In this document: positions 11,317 through 25,487 of the stretch, piece after piece
Layout: each line of letters starts with the position of its first letter
Position numbering within the stretch: the stretch's first letter is position 1
Source: Nephila pilipes
Lineage: Eukaryota
Assembly (NCBI GenBank): GCA_019974015.1
Contig: BMAW01101096.1
Coordinates: 295,229 to 359,228 of the forward strand
DNA length: 64,000 nt
Direction: 5' to 3'
Program-made: the position numbers and the translations under genes
The notes under the pieces: generated by a model
Database searches by the model: none
The model's input: only the letters and a program-made list of their open reading frames with translations
Told to the model about the DNA's origin: nothing

Positions 11317-14300
11317 GAACGACTGGAAGAAACGCAAGCAATGAATCAATTGAAATATAAAGCAATATTTTATAAAATAAGAAGTATTGTTCACAGAGCA
11401 GCAGTTATTTTGCAAAAAAAAAATATTTCTAAGTTTACGGTAAAATTTTAAAAATAAAAGTAAAGAATAAGTTTTACTGATATAGTTCTCAAAACTATTA
11501 ATTTTATGAATCTTTTTTATATAAAGAAACACATATCACAAGCTTAATTTTACTTAGGTAGAAGAGCTCCCAAGCCTTAACATTTTAATTTTTTAAGTGA
11601 AATGCACCCGTTCATTGCATCTCTCACATAAGTTTCCAATATCAGCTACAAAATTCATACAATATCTAAAAATATTTTCTTCCAAATGGAATTTTTGGAT
11701 AAGTAAAGCTTGACACAATCATGACGAAAAGTGTATTAGAAATGATTTTAAGTCATGCAAAATTCTAGAAAAATATAAATTAAAATATAGAGAAAAATAA
11801 CAATGATATTAAACTATATTTCAGTTGGTCTCTGTCTATATTTCAATAGAAAACTGCATGTTAACCATATTGAAAAGAGACTTTGAACTCAGATAATCTT
11901 CAATATGAAACAGATGGTGGCGAAAGAGATCTACTTTCTATTCATCTAGAACTAAATTATTTTTCTTAATTTAGGAAGTAAAATTTTTCAAAAGAAGTAA
12001 AGGTGGTAGCTGATATTTCACTACATACAAAATTGAAAAACAAAAATAACTATAAGGGGTATTTTAAATGAATAGGTTTTACTGAACTTTTAATAACTAC
12101 AGTAACAAATTTGAAGACACACAGCATTAAAATAAATACTCATAACTAAATGAAATCCTAATTTTCAGGTAACAATAGTCCATTATTGAGCAAAATATAA
12201 AGAAACGTATATATAAAGAGCTTATAAGGAGCTTTATTCATAAAGCTCTTTATAATATAAAGAACTTTTCTACAAAACTAGTATTAATTTAAATGCCTAT
12301 AGGTTCTCTATAACTATTTCAAGTAGCTCATTGTGATGAAAATAGAACTAAAAGTATCATGCCCACTAAAATGTTAAAGAAGCTAATTGATCAAATCTTG
12401 TTTAAGAAGATCATAAGGAGTATTATGTCTATTAAATGCACAATACCCCATTTGCACAGTTAAAAATATATTCAAAATAAGATCTTTCTTAAGATTTATT
12501 CTAAGTTAATTGCTTTGCACTTAGAAAAGTACACTAGAAAATAATAAACTGAGCTAACAGAAAGAGTTGCTTGTTACACAGTACTTTAAGAATCTCATTA
12601 TATTAATGATTTCAAGATAGTACAAGTTATTTCTAAATAAAAGAAATAAATGCATCCATGTTTCGTTTAGACAAAAAAATATCATTTTAATATAATTGGA
12701 TTTAAATCTAACTAATATAATCAATACAAAAAGATATATGTAGCAAAATAATAGTGCTTTAACAAATTGAAAATTGAAAAAAATTATACACTGATGTATA
12801 AAACTTTTTACCAAAAGTACTTCCACAAAAACCAATTATTCTATTTTAATTCATCAATTGGCTGTAGTTATAGACATATAACAAGTTAAAATTTTGAATG
12901 AAACAAATATGTATTAAATATATTCCATGTAGAGAAACTATTTAAAAAAATAACATCAAGCATATAAAAGAAATTTCTCTCTGAACTTGATAGTTGCTTA
13001 AATTGAACTTTAAAAATCCTACAGTGTTGAGCAGCAAGCAATCTCTTAAGTATACTTTTTTTATCACTCAAAAGCGTTTTGAAACAAATACAATTATCAA
13101 AAAAAAAGTAAAAATTAAGAATTAAAAAAACTCAAAACATACTTCATATTCAAGACAAATAGATTCCAAAGAATCTAGAAATGAACAATCTTCTTTCAGA
13201 AGAACATTTTTTGTTGTGGAACCGTATATCACATTCATTTTGCAATCTTCACAAGCTTTCAAACACATCAATCCCATCATAATGCAAAGGTTAAACATCT
13301 AAAAAATATTGAAAACATAATCCATTGTTATGAATGTATCTGATTTTCAAGTTCTAACTTTCATTTTCCTTGATTCATACAATCAAAAAATTAATTAAAA
13401 GATACATTTTTAAAATTAAACAGCTTACCTGAAATTGTTAGATCAAATCTTACAGAAAAATTAATCGTATTATGTGTATTCCTTATAAAGGACTATTCAC
13501 ATTTTTATTGATTAAGAAGGCGATTACCTAACCCATACAATTTTTGAAGAAAAATATTTTTCAATTCAAAACAATTTATTGAGGATACTATTACAACAAC
13601 AAAAATTTATCATTTGCATAACTTGTTATTTGTAATTTAATTATATTTCTTATTCACCCCATTGTTGTAAAATTATAGTATTAAATTATTAACAAAACCC
13701 AGGTTAGTAAAAACCTATATATTTGCTAAACATCAACATCATTTAAACATGCTTTGAAGTTACTTAAAAATGATATTATTTAATTTTAAAAAATATGATA
13801 AATTTAAGGCATGTAAGGCCATGACACATTGAATTATCAATTCTCCTTTGCATTAAGCAATAGATCAAACCATTCTTTCAAAAACTTTCAAATGCAATCG
13901 ATCATCAAAAATAATGATTTTCGATGACATTTAAGTTCATGATACAAGGACAAGATTTTAAAAAATGTATATCTAAAATTGCTAAAACCACAAAAAATTC
14001 CTGAAGTTTAAAAATAACAGAAAAAATTTCTTCAAAAGTTTTGAGAAAACTGTTCTAAGAACAAGAAATAGTAAAAAAAATAATAATATTATTATACATT
14101 ACAAATAAATACAAATTTCTTAAATTTGGCATCCCTTATGATGATTTATATACAAATTAATAATGCAAGTGATGCACCAATAAAATGTTATCTAACATTA
14201 AAAAATGAGTCACAGTTACTGCAAGATATTATGAAGGAGTTCCCTGTTTGATATTTGATACTGATGAAATTTTTCAATTTACATCTAATATTAACATATC

Positions 14301-15604
14301 TAAAATTTAATGGAATAGATTTTGCATGATTAGAAATAAAATTTTCATTACTTTACATAAACATTTATAGTTTCCTTAAAAAAACAGAGAAATATTGAAG
14401 AAAAATTTATATGACTTTTTAAAATTTGTATTGAATCTAATAAAGCATTATTCGTTATTAGCAAAATAAATAATAATATAAACAAATGAGAGACATCATA
14501 TATATTGTTTCAGAATACTTTACAGGAAAATGTTTTTCACAGAAGTTTTAATAATTGACAAAATAAAATGATTCTATCAATGAAAATTAAATTTTAGTCT
14601 GAAAAATTAAAACATAAAAAATAATAGAATAAGAAATAGGCAAAGGTGATATACCATTTGAGTAATTCTCTTACAAAACTAATTTACATAGTCAATTTGA
14701 TAAAAATTTCTGTATTTTAGTTCTTTTGAAGAAATTTGACCTTATTTAAAAGGAAAGTACCTTAATTTAAAAGGAATGTAAGAACAAGTAAGAAAGAAAA
14801 TATTAATAACAGCATAATCCTTTATATAAGAAGTATAGCATGAAATCATGGCCCATGGTCAAACAAGTTTTTCAAGTAAATAGCTCACTGATAAAATCAT
14901 TATTTCAAAAAATAAATACAAAAATTCCATACATCTAAAAATAAAGAATAGAGTTAATTTTTATAACCCAAGTCAATCAAGTTGTGCTAAAAATTAGTTT
15001 ATTCAAACACATAAGTTAATAAATAATCTTTTTTTCATGTAGTATACATCAATAATCTATAAAAGCAATAATGCTTTGTATAAAAGGCAATGAATAGTAA
15101 GTATTGAAGCTAACAGATCAGACTATCAATTTAAAATTCTACTCTGTCCTTAAAATATTAAAAAATACAATAAAAATGAAAACTAAAGTATATTTATTTC
15201 CAAAGGGAAACTCTTGCCAAAGGTTAGAGGGGAAGCATTAATGTTGGGAACCCTGAACTCTATGATTGCTTTAGAGTCTATTCACTTAGCCCAAATTGAT
15301 TACATAGTTGAATCACAGTTTATGTGAATAGTTAATGCTTCATTAGTCGACATAGTTTCTCTGTGGGATATCATGGAGACGAATTGCCTCACAACTTGAT
15401 GGATTAGAGTGTAGTTTATTTTCTCTTATATTTTAAATTTGAATTAATTTGTAGTTCAGTTCTTTTTTCCACAAAGGGGCCATTGGATTGAACTTGGGCT
15501 ACAACACATAAATACTATGCATACAAATGTCCCTGTCAATAGCACCTCACAAAAATGCCCCTTCAAATATTTCAGTTTTTATTTTTTACTTCAAAATGTC
15601 TCAC

Positions 15605-15767
15605 CTTTTCTATTTTTTTATCGTCCAACGCCGATGGAAGTACAATATCACAAATAACTAGACTTTTTCCAGGAATTGGTTCCAAATTATGAAGAGTAGA
15701 TATTTCAAGAGCTGCACTCACAGCACGCTTATAAGATTTCACCAGAGATAAAGAAACAGCTTGGATT
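15605..15767 (-). CDS. RO60: Ro60/TROVE2-like RNA-binding protein, C-terminal vWA-domain exon (...YKRAVSAALEISTLHNLEPIPGKSLVICDIVLPSALDDKKIEK).
   Basis: Acceptor cctcag and donor GTGAGA on the minus strand. The translation aligns with vertebrate Ro60 ...[34 protein letters not shown]. Confidence 0.7.
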
Positions 15768-17288
15768 CTGAGGAAATAAAGAATAAACACTAGTAAAAGA
15801 AATAAACCTAAAATTACACTAATTTTTTACAAATATATTTTTAAAAAGAAATGTGAAATAATTTTAACTATGTGTAGGGATCACCTCAGAACTGCACAAT
15901 TGGGTATTGACGACGGCCTCGTAATTCTGACTGACATTAAGGGAAGAAGACATTTAACCTAATGTTTTTCAAATTTCTACACAACATTTTATGACAAATT
16001 TGCAGCTCAATTGAATTCAATGAGATTCATCCATAATTATTATCATTTGATGATTAACTAATTTTTATTATATTTATAAGATTCAAAATAGTTAAAAAAT
16101 TACATAAAAATAAAAAAAAACAAAAATAAAATGAAGAGTAGTTCTGAGTTTATATTCATAGTGAAACAATAATTGAATGAATAACGGAATCTGAGTTAAT
16201 AACTTGAAATTCTTTAACTTATATCATACAACAGTAAGGTATGCCACGGTATCACAAACTTCTCAACTGTAAAATTGGATTTTTTCTGAAGCCCAATACT
16301 TAATCGAACTTTACTTATATCAAAAATATTATCTTCTTTCTATACAAAGACCTGAGGTTTTCAAGAAAGCATCAATAATTAATTCTTTTTTACTGGTATA
16401 TGAAAAGTAATGCAAATGCACACTCTCGTTCTGTTTCATGTATTATTTAGCAATATATACAAATATGTACATGTTCTGTAATAGCAATATGATATAAAGT
16501 ATACTTTTCAGAGTATACATTAAAAAGCAATTGTTTCTAAACACATTTTTTTATTTAAATGATAAACTGAACTTTACATTTAGTGGTAACGTTTTGGTTT
16601 CCGAGTTACTGAAAAAATGAGTAAATTACCAGAAATGAATATTTATGTGAAATGTACATGAAACAAAAATATTCATTCTGGTAAGAAATATTTTGTAATT
16701 GAGTTTCAGTCATTTGCTTCAATAAATTAGAGCGCTATTATCAACAAAAACATAATACAACAGATAAAGAAACAAATTTGGGAGAGAATACAATTTAGAT
16801 TAAAATATTTAAAGCTAGAGAAAAAAAAAGTTTAATTTATAATGAGCAGTTGTAACGATAAGAAAATTATTATTCATTCACAACTTCCGAGTACTGAAAG
16901 ATAAATAACAAACTGCTTCATTTTATTTACCATTCCAAAAGTCAAACATTCAAATGTTAAAATTGACTGCGTTCTTTAATGCTGATAACATGCAACGAAA
17001 GATACTCGACGCAATAACCGATTCGGCCTGATCTGCAGAATTAAAAATTACGTCAGAATAAAGTACTCATTCTGAGAATTGTTATTCTAGAAATGAATGT
17101 ATTCTCCTATCACATAAATAAAATAAGATAAGTCGAACTTTTTAATTTCTCTAAAAACTAAGATATAAATTACTGTAATTATAGTTAGATATATGTGAAA
17201 AAGTTTTTTTTTTTCCCCCAATTTGAGAGGTGCCAAAACTTAAGTTAAAACATATTTTTCGTAAACATAAATCCGAATATAAATTTTT

Positions 17289-17389
17289 AAAACTTACCAG
17301 TTGTGAAAGTTAATGAATTTCGTCTACTTTTCAATCTGACAATACAAGGTTTATAAATTTCCTGATAATAAGTATAAACAACATTCGGT
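17289..17389 (-). CDS. RO60: Ro60-like exon (NKMLPNVVYTYYQEIYKPCIVRLKSRRNSLTFTT).
   Basis: GTAAGT donor. The AG acceptor choice was fixed by phase compatibility with the upstream exon. Similarity to Ro60 is weak here, so the boundaries are tentative. Confidence 0.45.
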
Positions 17390-17571
17390 AACATTTTGCT
17401 CAAAGTATCAACTGTAAATCAAAAGTTCCTGTCAGGTAAATTATTTAATTTCTTCAATATTCGATTTTTAAATTTTTTTGACTGAATCCAAATTAATCGC
17501 ATTTTGTTCTGCCGCGGCTTTTGAGAAAAGTTTCATGTACTTCAGAAATTCATACTAAAATAAAATCTCAC

Positions 17572-17705
17572 TTTTCGACTAATTTCTCGAGTACTTCCAT
17601 TTTCCATAATCCATCCCTAGACCGCCAATGTCTATAGTTTCCATTATGAATATTTTCAATTCCAGTAAGAACTTTGAATGCTTCATAAAATTGAAGAGGG
17701 GACTG
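17572..17705 (-). CDS. RO60: Ro60-like exon (AVPLQFYEAFKVLTGIENIHNGNYRHWRSRDGLWKMEVLEKLVE).
   Basis: It aligns with Ro60 [42 protein letters not shown] donor. The acceptor was chosen after an in-frame TAG, which gives phase 0. Confidence 0.6.
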
Positions 17706-18337
17706 CCTACTGTTTTTTACTGCAATCTTTTTCAAATAAATAAAAAAATATTCATTGTAAAGTAAAACAGTTAATGAAAATTACTGAGCAAAAAATACAC
17801 TAAATTCAAATCTTCATTAAAATTATACAAAAAGATCAATATTCATAACAAAATACGGAATATAAAAACCAAAAAAATGCGCATATAAGTGTTGAAAGAT
17901 AACCATATATTTCTGATATATTTTCATAAGTTGTGATTTATAATGAATTCTAAGAAATTCTACTAAGATTTTAATGTAAGTAACTTACAAAAAAAGCGAA
18001 ATAGAGAAATGTTTATGTCGAATAAATATTTTTAAGTTTAATGTATGGAAACTTTTTTTATAAGTTAGCTTCATTCAGCATTTCTCAATCACATATTCAA
18101 AATTTTAAATTATAATAGTTTCATAATCAAATAATATAAATGTATTTAATAACATTTGTTACCATTTTAACAAAAATCGTCATTCCCAGAAAGTAAGAAT
18201 AAGAAAACAATATTTTTTTAACCGGCTTTATTAAAAACTGGAAATATCATACAAATATAGCATACAAAAATGTATTAAATTATGCAAATAACTGCAACAA
18301 AATATTTAAAATACTTATTGAAAAATGTGTAACTTAC

Positions 18338-18447
18338 TTTATTTTCCAACTGCTTCAGCACTTTATCATGATGCTTTTGGGAGATGCCCGACACTATTAA
18401 GTTTCTCAAATTCCTCAGCATCGCCATGTATGGAAGCTTACCATTGT
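18338..18447 (-). CDS. RO60: Ro60-like exon (DNGKLPYMAMLRNLRNLIVSGISQKHHDKVLKQLENK).
   Basis: It matches the conserved Ro60 segment [21 protein letters not shown]. Acceptor ...aatttag and donor GTAAGT; phase-compatible with the neighbouring exons. Confidence 0.7.
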
Positions 18448-21400
18448 CTAAATTCAGATAGTCAAACAAATCAATTCAAATAGTCAAACAAATCATAAAT
18501 GACAAATCAATTTTACACTGTACAATTAAATATGAAGTGAATTAAATTTTCAAGAAATCTCAAAGCTTCCATTAATAAAATAACTGTTATGAATGAAAAC
18601 ACACAAAGAAAAAAAAGAAAATGCAAATTAATCATTTCCACAACTCCCATTCCTCAGAAATTCACTTCATCTTATTCATACATTCTTACTTTATTCATTC
18701 ACCCAATAAAACAAATATATAATTAGGTTCATAAAAGGTTACCTCCTTTGCTTCTAAGAAAATGTGCTTAAAAATATTATACAAATTTGTATTAAGACTA
18801 ATAGTAAGAAAATACTTTACATTAATATTTAATGATTAATCTAAAAAATCGTTACATTTTCACGTTTTTGACAAAAATTTTGCAATGTTGAATTACCTTA
18901 AATAAATTAATATATTAAGTATAGAGAAGGCGATTAATTTCCAATAAAATTTCGATTTTATTCAAGTAACAGATATTTTAATCAGTTATTTTACTTTATT
19001 AAATATATTGCTATCATTGCAAATTTAAAATTCACTTTCAGCAAACGTTTGAGTGGATAGATCACTACGACTAATAATTTTAGACAACTAGTTTAAAAAT
19101 TTTTGTCTAATTAACAAAATTATTGTTATTGAGAATTTGACTTCAATTATATCTATGGTAACTATTATTTTCTAAAACAGATTTCAAATGTGTAGTGAAA
19201 ATTCTAGAAAATCAAGTAATAGTAATAAAAAGGGAAAGAACAATAAAATCATCACGTTGAAAAAAGATATGACAATTTGTATATTCTATGGCAAATAGTT
19301 GCTTATTTCTTTTATTTAACTAATATTAATTTCAAAAACAAATATTTTGAAAAATTTGACTATCAATATCTGTCAACAAAAAAGTCCATAATTTTTCTGC
19401 TAATGCTATTTGTAAATATAGTGTTATCGTTCCTCTGTAGAGGGAGTTTTGTAAGGGTGACTGTGTAAGATGTTTCTTTACAAAACATTCAAAAGAGAAG
19501 GTGAATTCTGCACAGATTGCATGCGCTGAGAGTAAACTGCGGCTTTCAACAACGTAATGCGATAATAATTCAAAAAAAAAAAAAAAAAGAAGAAGTTATT
19601 TTTATTCAACCCAGTCTGTTCCTTGCTTCAAGTTTTAAGTCAACAGTTAAGTAAATGTTAAATGAATGAAAGTTATCTCTAAAAGCAAAAATAAAGTTAA
19701 ATAAAGTGAAGTTAATATCAGAAAAGCACTGAAAAAAAAAGCATAAATCAAAATAAATATATATATGCAGTTTTCAAATTATAACTCTTTATTACTATTT
19801 ACCAAAACTGCTACAGCTAGATAAGTTTTTGAATATGATAAATAATTATAATAGCAACGATTATTGAAGTGAAATAATCGTGTGAGTATAATTATATGAT
19901 ATATAAGATCATACACTGTAATCATGAATCAGGCAGAATAACAGATTTTTAAGAAAAGCACTGAACTAATGAAAATTATGGTTTTAAAGAAATTACTGAG
20001 AAGTAAAGTAGTGCTAATTAATATGAATTTAAAAATTTTGGGCTTATTTCATTGCAAATCTTGAAAGAGCAAAAAAAAAATTTAAAAAAAAGACTACCAG
20101 CAAAAAATTCAATAGCAAAAAAAAAAAAAAATTAGGATTTGTAAATTAACTTACGGAAATCAGAAGTACATAACGGCAATAAAACTGGATGATTGATTAC
20201 ATCAGCAAATTATTTTTTACTTGATAATTTAAACTGGGAAAAGCACGGGGGTGGGGGTGGAAAAGAATATATTTCGATTGCTTTAATTTACACCACCACG
20301 CTTTGAAAAAATATTACAGAAAGCTGTACATCACCTCGATAAAATGCTTTTATTTGAAATATGAATGGACAATTTATACAAGTAATTATAAAAATTCAAC
20401 CAACAAAGGAAAATTTAATGTAGGTAATTAGATAATTTTTGAAACATTGTGTAAACATGAATCTCGATGGGTAAACCAAACACAGAAATTGTCATTGTTA
20501 TAAAATTCAATGATAAGTTCATTAACATTTTAATCCACTACACATAGTATATGTAAAATTACATTTGTGTCAAATTTTTGAATTAAAAATTTACTAATTA
20601 CCATTAGCTATGACGCAATATTTGAAAATAGATAATTGTTTAAACAATACAAGAATTTCGAAAATCCCGTAAAATATAGAGAAGTAAATGTATAGCCCCC
20701 CCCCCCTTCCTCACAAGGAACAGAATAACCTCAATAACTCCCGAAATTTTTCCAGTAGCTTGACAAAGCTGATTTGTATGTAAATGGCTCAAAGAGAAAT
20801 AAATTTATTTAACTTTGGGTTCATTAACTTTACTACTAAAAAGAATTCCCATTACAGATTTAAATCATTTATTTTTCATGTAACTTTTTCTCATTATAAA
20901 AGTACGTTAATTTTCAAAAAATTCTGCTCATAAGTTTTTGAATTATAAGGTTTAACAGAAAGTACAATAATGTTAAATGAATGTCGGGAAAAAACATAAG
21001 ACGATATAAAATTTCTACTCAATATTTCATCAATCATCAGATAATTGGTTTTCAATTTTAAAAATACATAACATTAGACAAAAAATATATAAATAATAAG
21101 AAGTACAAAAATATGGGCAAATACAAACCACAACACAGTTACAAAAAAGGAATTGTTATGCTCCTAAATGTTTAAAAGCTCATGAAATTTTCTCTAAGCA
21201 GTTTAAGAAATATTCAAAAAACAAATCACAACCAATAGGGGATATGTTTTATATTATCTTAAATTAGTTTGTAATTTTTGAACTATCAAACCACTTCGCA
21301 CATGATGTCTGAAAATAGATAAATGTTACGAGCAATTTGCATTTTTTAATTATCACTAAATCTTTGCAATAAGTAACCTAGTCTTTGGGTCCCTAATTGT

Positions 21401-21511
21401 TTTTCAGCATCTTTACTTTTCTCGTTCACATTAATACATTCAGTAACACATTAAAATACATTTTTATATAAAAATTTGGCATTTTTATCAAAGCAAAAAA
21501 AAAAATTATAC

Positions 21512-21669
21512 CTAACAATTTTTCCCAAATACAAGCCTTATTTCCATGAGCTGATATTTGTGTTTCCCATGTTTCAGGAATAGGTAATTTCATTCGTTGT
21601 CCAGCTTTTTTGTGATCCCAAATTCCAGGCAATCCACTTTTTCTAAAGACTTCAGCAGTTTCTGGATAC
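21512..21669 (-). CDS. RO60: Ro60-like exon (YPETAEVFRKSGLPGIWDHKKAGQRMKLPIPETWETQISAHGNKACIWEKLL).
   Basis: ttttaag acceptor and GTATAA donor. It aligns with Ro60 ...[25 protein letters not shown]. Phase 1 at the start and phase 1 at the end fit its neighbours. Confidence 0.65.
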
Positions 21670-21914
21670 CTTAAAACATATTTTAAGCGAGGAAAAATTT
21701 AACTACAAATGAGAAATCGAGAATAAAATAAAAACAAGAAGAAAACATTATAGGAAACAACTTCACGCACGCACGCGCGCGCACGTGTATGTGTTATGAA
21801 TCTGCTGTAAAGATTTCCAGCAACGTTACTTTTATAAAAGAAGTGATATTTACAGAGGATTCGTAGTATACCCAAGTAGAGTTTTGCAATGCCCCAGACC
21901 TTGGGACCTTTTAG

Positions 21915-22300
21915 GCACAAAATGAAGGTTTTCGCAAATGCTCAAATTTTTCCGATATATCTATTAAAACAGAAGTTATGAAATTTTCCTGAAAATTTTC
22001 TGTGACGTCACACCAGGCGGGAACAGCTATAAATACGCGGAGATGCAAAGACTGCGTGAATCTGCCTTTGGAGTGCAAAGTAATACTAAGATTTGTTCGT
22101 AGTGCGAACGAGTAAGCTGATGAGCTGAACGTTATTGAAAGTGATTAGCTATCTGTTTGTGTTGCTTATTTGTACAAGTGCTGTTTTGGTTCCTGGTGTG
22201 TCTCTAATTTGTACAAATGCTGTTTGGGTTCCTGATGTGTCTCTAATTTGTACAAGTTCTGCTACCTGTGCTTCGACGTGTCCTGAATATTTATGATCAT
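21915..22300 (+). repeat. 5' LTR-like direct repeat of a non-autonomous LTR retroelement. It contains the TATA-like ctataaatacgcggag and an internal ~45-bp tandem duplication (tgtacaaRtgctgttt.ggttcctgRtgtgtctctaatt).
   Basis: About 80% identical to 23685-24100 along roughly 380 bp (...gggaacagNtaNaaaNacgcggagatNcaaag...aatctgcctttgNagtgcaaNgtaatac...gcttatttgtacaag...). Confidence 0.65.
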
Positions 22301-22766
22301 CGCGTCATTTTTCACTATCCTCATCGTTGGATAGTTTTCACCGCACACTTACAGGAAGATTTTTGAAACAGTGGTGTCAGAAATGGGAATGCGGAATGAA
22401 TGCCCGTGACCAGAGCAATGGACGATCAATTCGAGAAGCTGTTTGCTTTTATATCAGATATAAAGGATATCAGAAATGAAATCCTGGTGTGAGGAAATGA
22501 AAGTCACACAAGCAGGAATAATTAATAGAATAGAAAACAATGCCAAGAAAGAATGAAAAGTCAAAGCCAAAGTGTGAAAGTAATGATTGAAGGAGTAAAA
22601 GACGGAATTCACAGAAGAAAATCGAAGGAGTAAAGGATCCAAAGGTTCAAGATCCCAAGAACTGGGCATTCAATGTCGTCAGTCATGGAGCTTCACCTAC
22701 TCTTAGAGACAAGCCACTAAAGATGCTTTAAAGATAGCTGGATAGAATGTTTAGAGAATTATTAAT

Positions 22767-23123
22767 GTGAGACTTGTTGAACAGGCCTTAAACGGTTCAG
22801 GGATGGACAACAGAAGCCCCCATGATGTGGTATTGGTTGAAGATTCTACTCGAATTCTTAGGATCCAGAAGGTGCCTCGTGACTTTTTCAACGGAAAAGA
22901 ATTGTTTAAGTCCATTACTCCAAATGAAGCTGTTGGACATGGTACTACAGTTAAAGCTGCTGTATTACCAGAAAGCACAGATAAGGGAAACAAGGGTGTG
23001 CTTTTAGTTCCTCCACTCTCACTTGGAGATGAAACTGCAAGTGGAGTCATAACTGGGAGCATTGAGAAAAATTCCGAAATTCTTTGCGGTATCTCCCGGG
23101 TGATCACATGTTCAGAGGACTAG
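22767..23123 (+). pseudogene. HSP70-family gene fragment (nucleotide-binding to substrate-binding domain junction) embedded inside the LTR-bounded element; degenerate and non-functional.
   Basis: The translation [48 protein letters not shown]...GVLLVPPLSLGDETASGVITGSIEKNSEI matches the canonical Hsp70 segment [48 protein letters not shown]...LLLDVAPLSLGIETAGGVMT. Confidence 0.75.
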
Positions 23124-23254
23124 CTTGCAGTTGATATCCAAATGTATAAAATGACAGGTTGAACTCCAACCGAGATGCGTTTTAATCGAACGCTACGAAT
23201 CTCCGAAGATATCCTCTTTGGATGACCGAATGATACGCATCGCCAGGAGAATAC

Positions 23255-23647
23255 ATGAGTGGTTTAGAGGGACATTCAAAAACTGTACAAGTGCCTGCCA
23301 GAGAGCGAATTAAACTGGCCAGCGAAAGAATGAACTGGAAGCGACAAAGGGGCCAGAGTCCGAAGCTAGAAAGGAAGTGGGATGAGTCTTGTATAGTTAT
23401 CAAGAAACGAAAGAATGTTGTTTTCAGAGTTACGGTTCACCCAAAGCTAAGCCAAAAGTCACACTTATTAATCAGCTATCTACATACCAGGAAAGAGATA
23501 ATAGTTGTATGTAATGATACTGCCAAGTCTTTGAAGAGGGGAGCAATGTTACGGACCTGCAATGACACTTCACTGCAACGTTACTCTTATAAAGGGAAAA
23601 CAAACATTTATACAGATTTCATAGGATACCCTGGGAGAGTTAAGTAA
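23255..23647 (+). pseudogene. Retroelement integrase C-terminal (SH3/chromo-like tail) fragment, ending immediately upstream of the 3' LTR.
   Basis: ...SPKLERKWDESCIVIKKRKNVVFRVTVHPKLSQKSHLLISYLH follows the LTR-retrotransposon integrase tail pattern (kL.PkW.GPy.V.....vaYrL........H.s.LKpY). Its position abutting the 3' LTR is as expected for the end of pol. Confidence 0.55.
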
Positions 23648-23684
23648 TGATCGCCGACGTTGGCTGCGAACAAGGCGAATACTT

Positions 23685-24100
23685 TAGAGATTGACGACAA
23701 AATGCAGGATCTCGAAATTGCTCGGATTTTCCTGATACTTCAATTACAAGAGATGTTATGGAATTTTTCAGCATATTCCATGTGACTTCACACTTGTTGG
23801 GAACAGTTACAAACACGCGGAGATACAAAGTCAGAATGAATCTGCCTTTGAAGTGCAACGTAATACATATCAGTAGATTTGAAGATTTGAGATTTGTTAG
23901 TGCAAACTAGTAAGCTGGTGAGTTGAGCATAATTGAAACTGCTCTTTAATATTACAGCTATTATTAGTGATTTGCTATTTGTGTATGTGGCTTATTTGTA
24001 CAAGAGCTGTTTTTGCTCTTGTTGTGTCGCTATTTTGCTCTGCTAGCTAGTTATTATGCGAGCAGTGCTTCAACGTGTCTTGAATATGTATATTCATTTT
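23685..24100 (+). repeat. 3' LTR-like direct repeat, partner of 21915-22300.
   Basis: Sequence similarity to the 5' copy through ...tgcttcaacgtgtcttgaatat; the sequence diverges where the minisatellite starts. Confidence 0.65.
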
Positions 24101-25395
24101 ATTTTTTAGAATTGTGTATTTATTTTATTTTTAATTACGCTATTATTTGAAATTTCTAAACATATATTTATTATTTTAAAATTATGTATTCATTTTATTT
24201 TTTAAACTATACCATTTTATTTTTTAAACTATACCATTTTATTTTTTAAACTATACCATTTTATTTTTAAAATTAAGAATTTATTTTATTATATTTAATT
24301 ATGTATTTATTTCGTTTTTTAAATTATGTATGAATTTTATTTTTTAAATTACGTTTTTATTTTATTTTTAACTATGTATTTATTTTATTTTCAAATCATG
24401 CATTTATTTTATTTTCCTATTCTTGAAGTATACATTTTTTTCTTAAAACCCTGTATTTATTTTATTTTTTAATTATGTAATTATTTCATTTTTACTATGC
24501 AATTATTGTATTTATTTTATATTTAAATATGTATTCATTTTATATTTAATTGTGTATTTATATCGTTTTTAATTATGTACTTATTTTTTTATTTTAAAAT
24601 TATGTTTATTTTTTAAATTACGTAATAATTTTATTTTTTTATTATGAATTTATTTTATAATTACTTATGCATTCACTTTATATTTAATTATGCTTTTTAA
24701 TATTTAATTGTGTGCTTATATCGTTTTTTTTAACTATTTATTTTTTAATTTTTAATCATGTATTTATATCGTTTTTTGATTGCGAATTTATTTTTTAATT
24801 TTAAATTTTGCATTTATTTATTTACTTTAAAATTATGTATTTATTATATAAATTATGCATTTTTTGGAATTAATGCATTTATTTTATTTGTAATTATGAA
24901 TTTATTTCAATTTCTAAATTAAGTATTTATCTTATTTTTTAAAATAATATATTCATTTTATTTTTAATTTTGTATTTATATCATTTTCAATTACATATTT
25001 TTAAATTATGTATTTCTTTTCTTTTATTTTTTAAAAAATTTGTATTTATTTTATTTTAAAAATTATGTATTTATTTTATTTTTAAAATTATGTATTTATT
25101 TTACTTCTTAAATAATGTATTTATTTCATTTTTAAAAAATTTGTATTTATTTTATTTTTAAAATTATGTATTTATTTTATTTTTAAAATTATGTATTTAT
25201 TTTACTTCTTAAATAATGTATTTATTTCATTTTTAAAAAATAATGTACTTATTTTATTTCATAGTTTTTAAAATTATGCATTTATTTTATTTTTAAAAAT
25301 ATAATGTATATACTTTATTTTTTTATTTATTTATGTATTTATTTTATAGTTATGCAATTATTGCATTTTTAAAATTATGTATTTATATCGTCTTT

Positions 25396-25426
<31 letters not shown>

Positions 25427-25453
25427 CATATATACATATATACATATATATAC

Positions 25454-25487
<34 letters not shown>

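Noticed and set aside
13190-13290. Minus-strand exon-like ORF (MFNLCIMMGLMCLKACEDCKMNVIYG...) behind a ttttttag acceptor, considered as the last Ro60 exon (the GMLDMCGFDTGALDVIRNF region).
   Set aside because: The similarity is too weak and the phase link to exon 15605-15767 is untested, so it is not reported as a feature.
22751-23107. Minus-strand 118-aa ORF overlapping the HSP70 fragment.
   Set aside because: It is the antisense frame of the HSP70-like segment; the plus-strand frame carries the recognisable Hsp70 motif.
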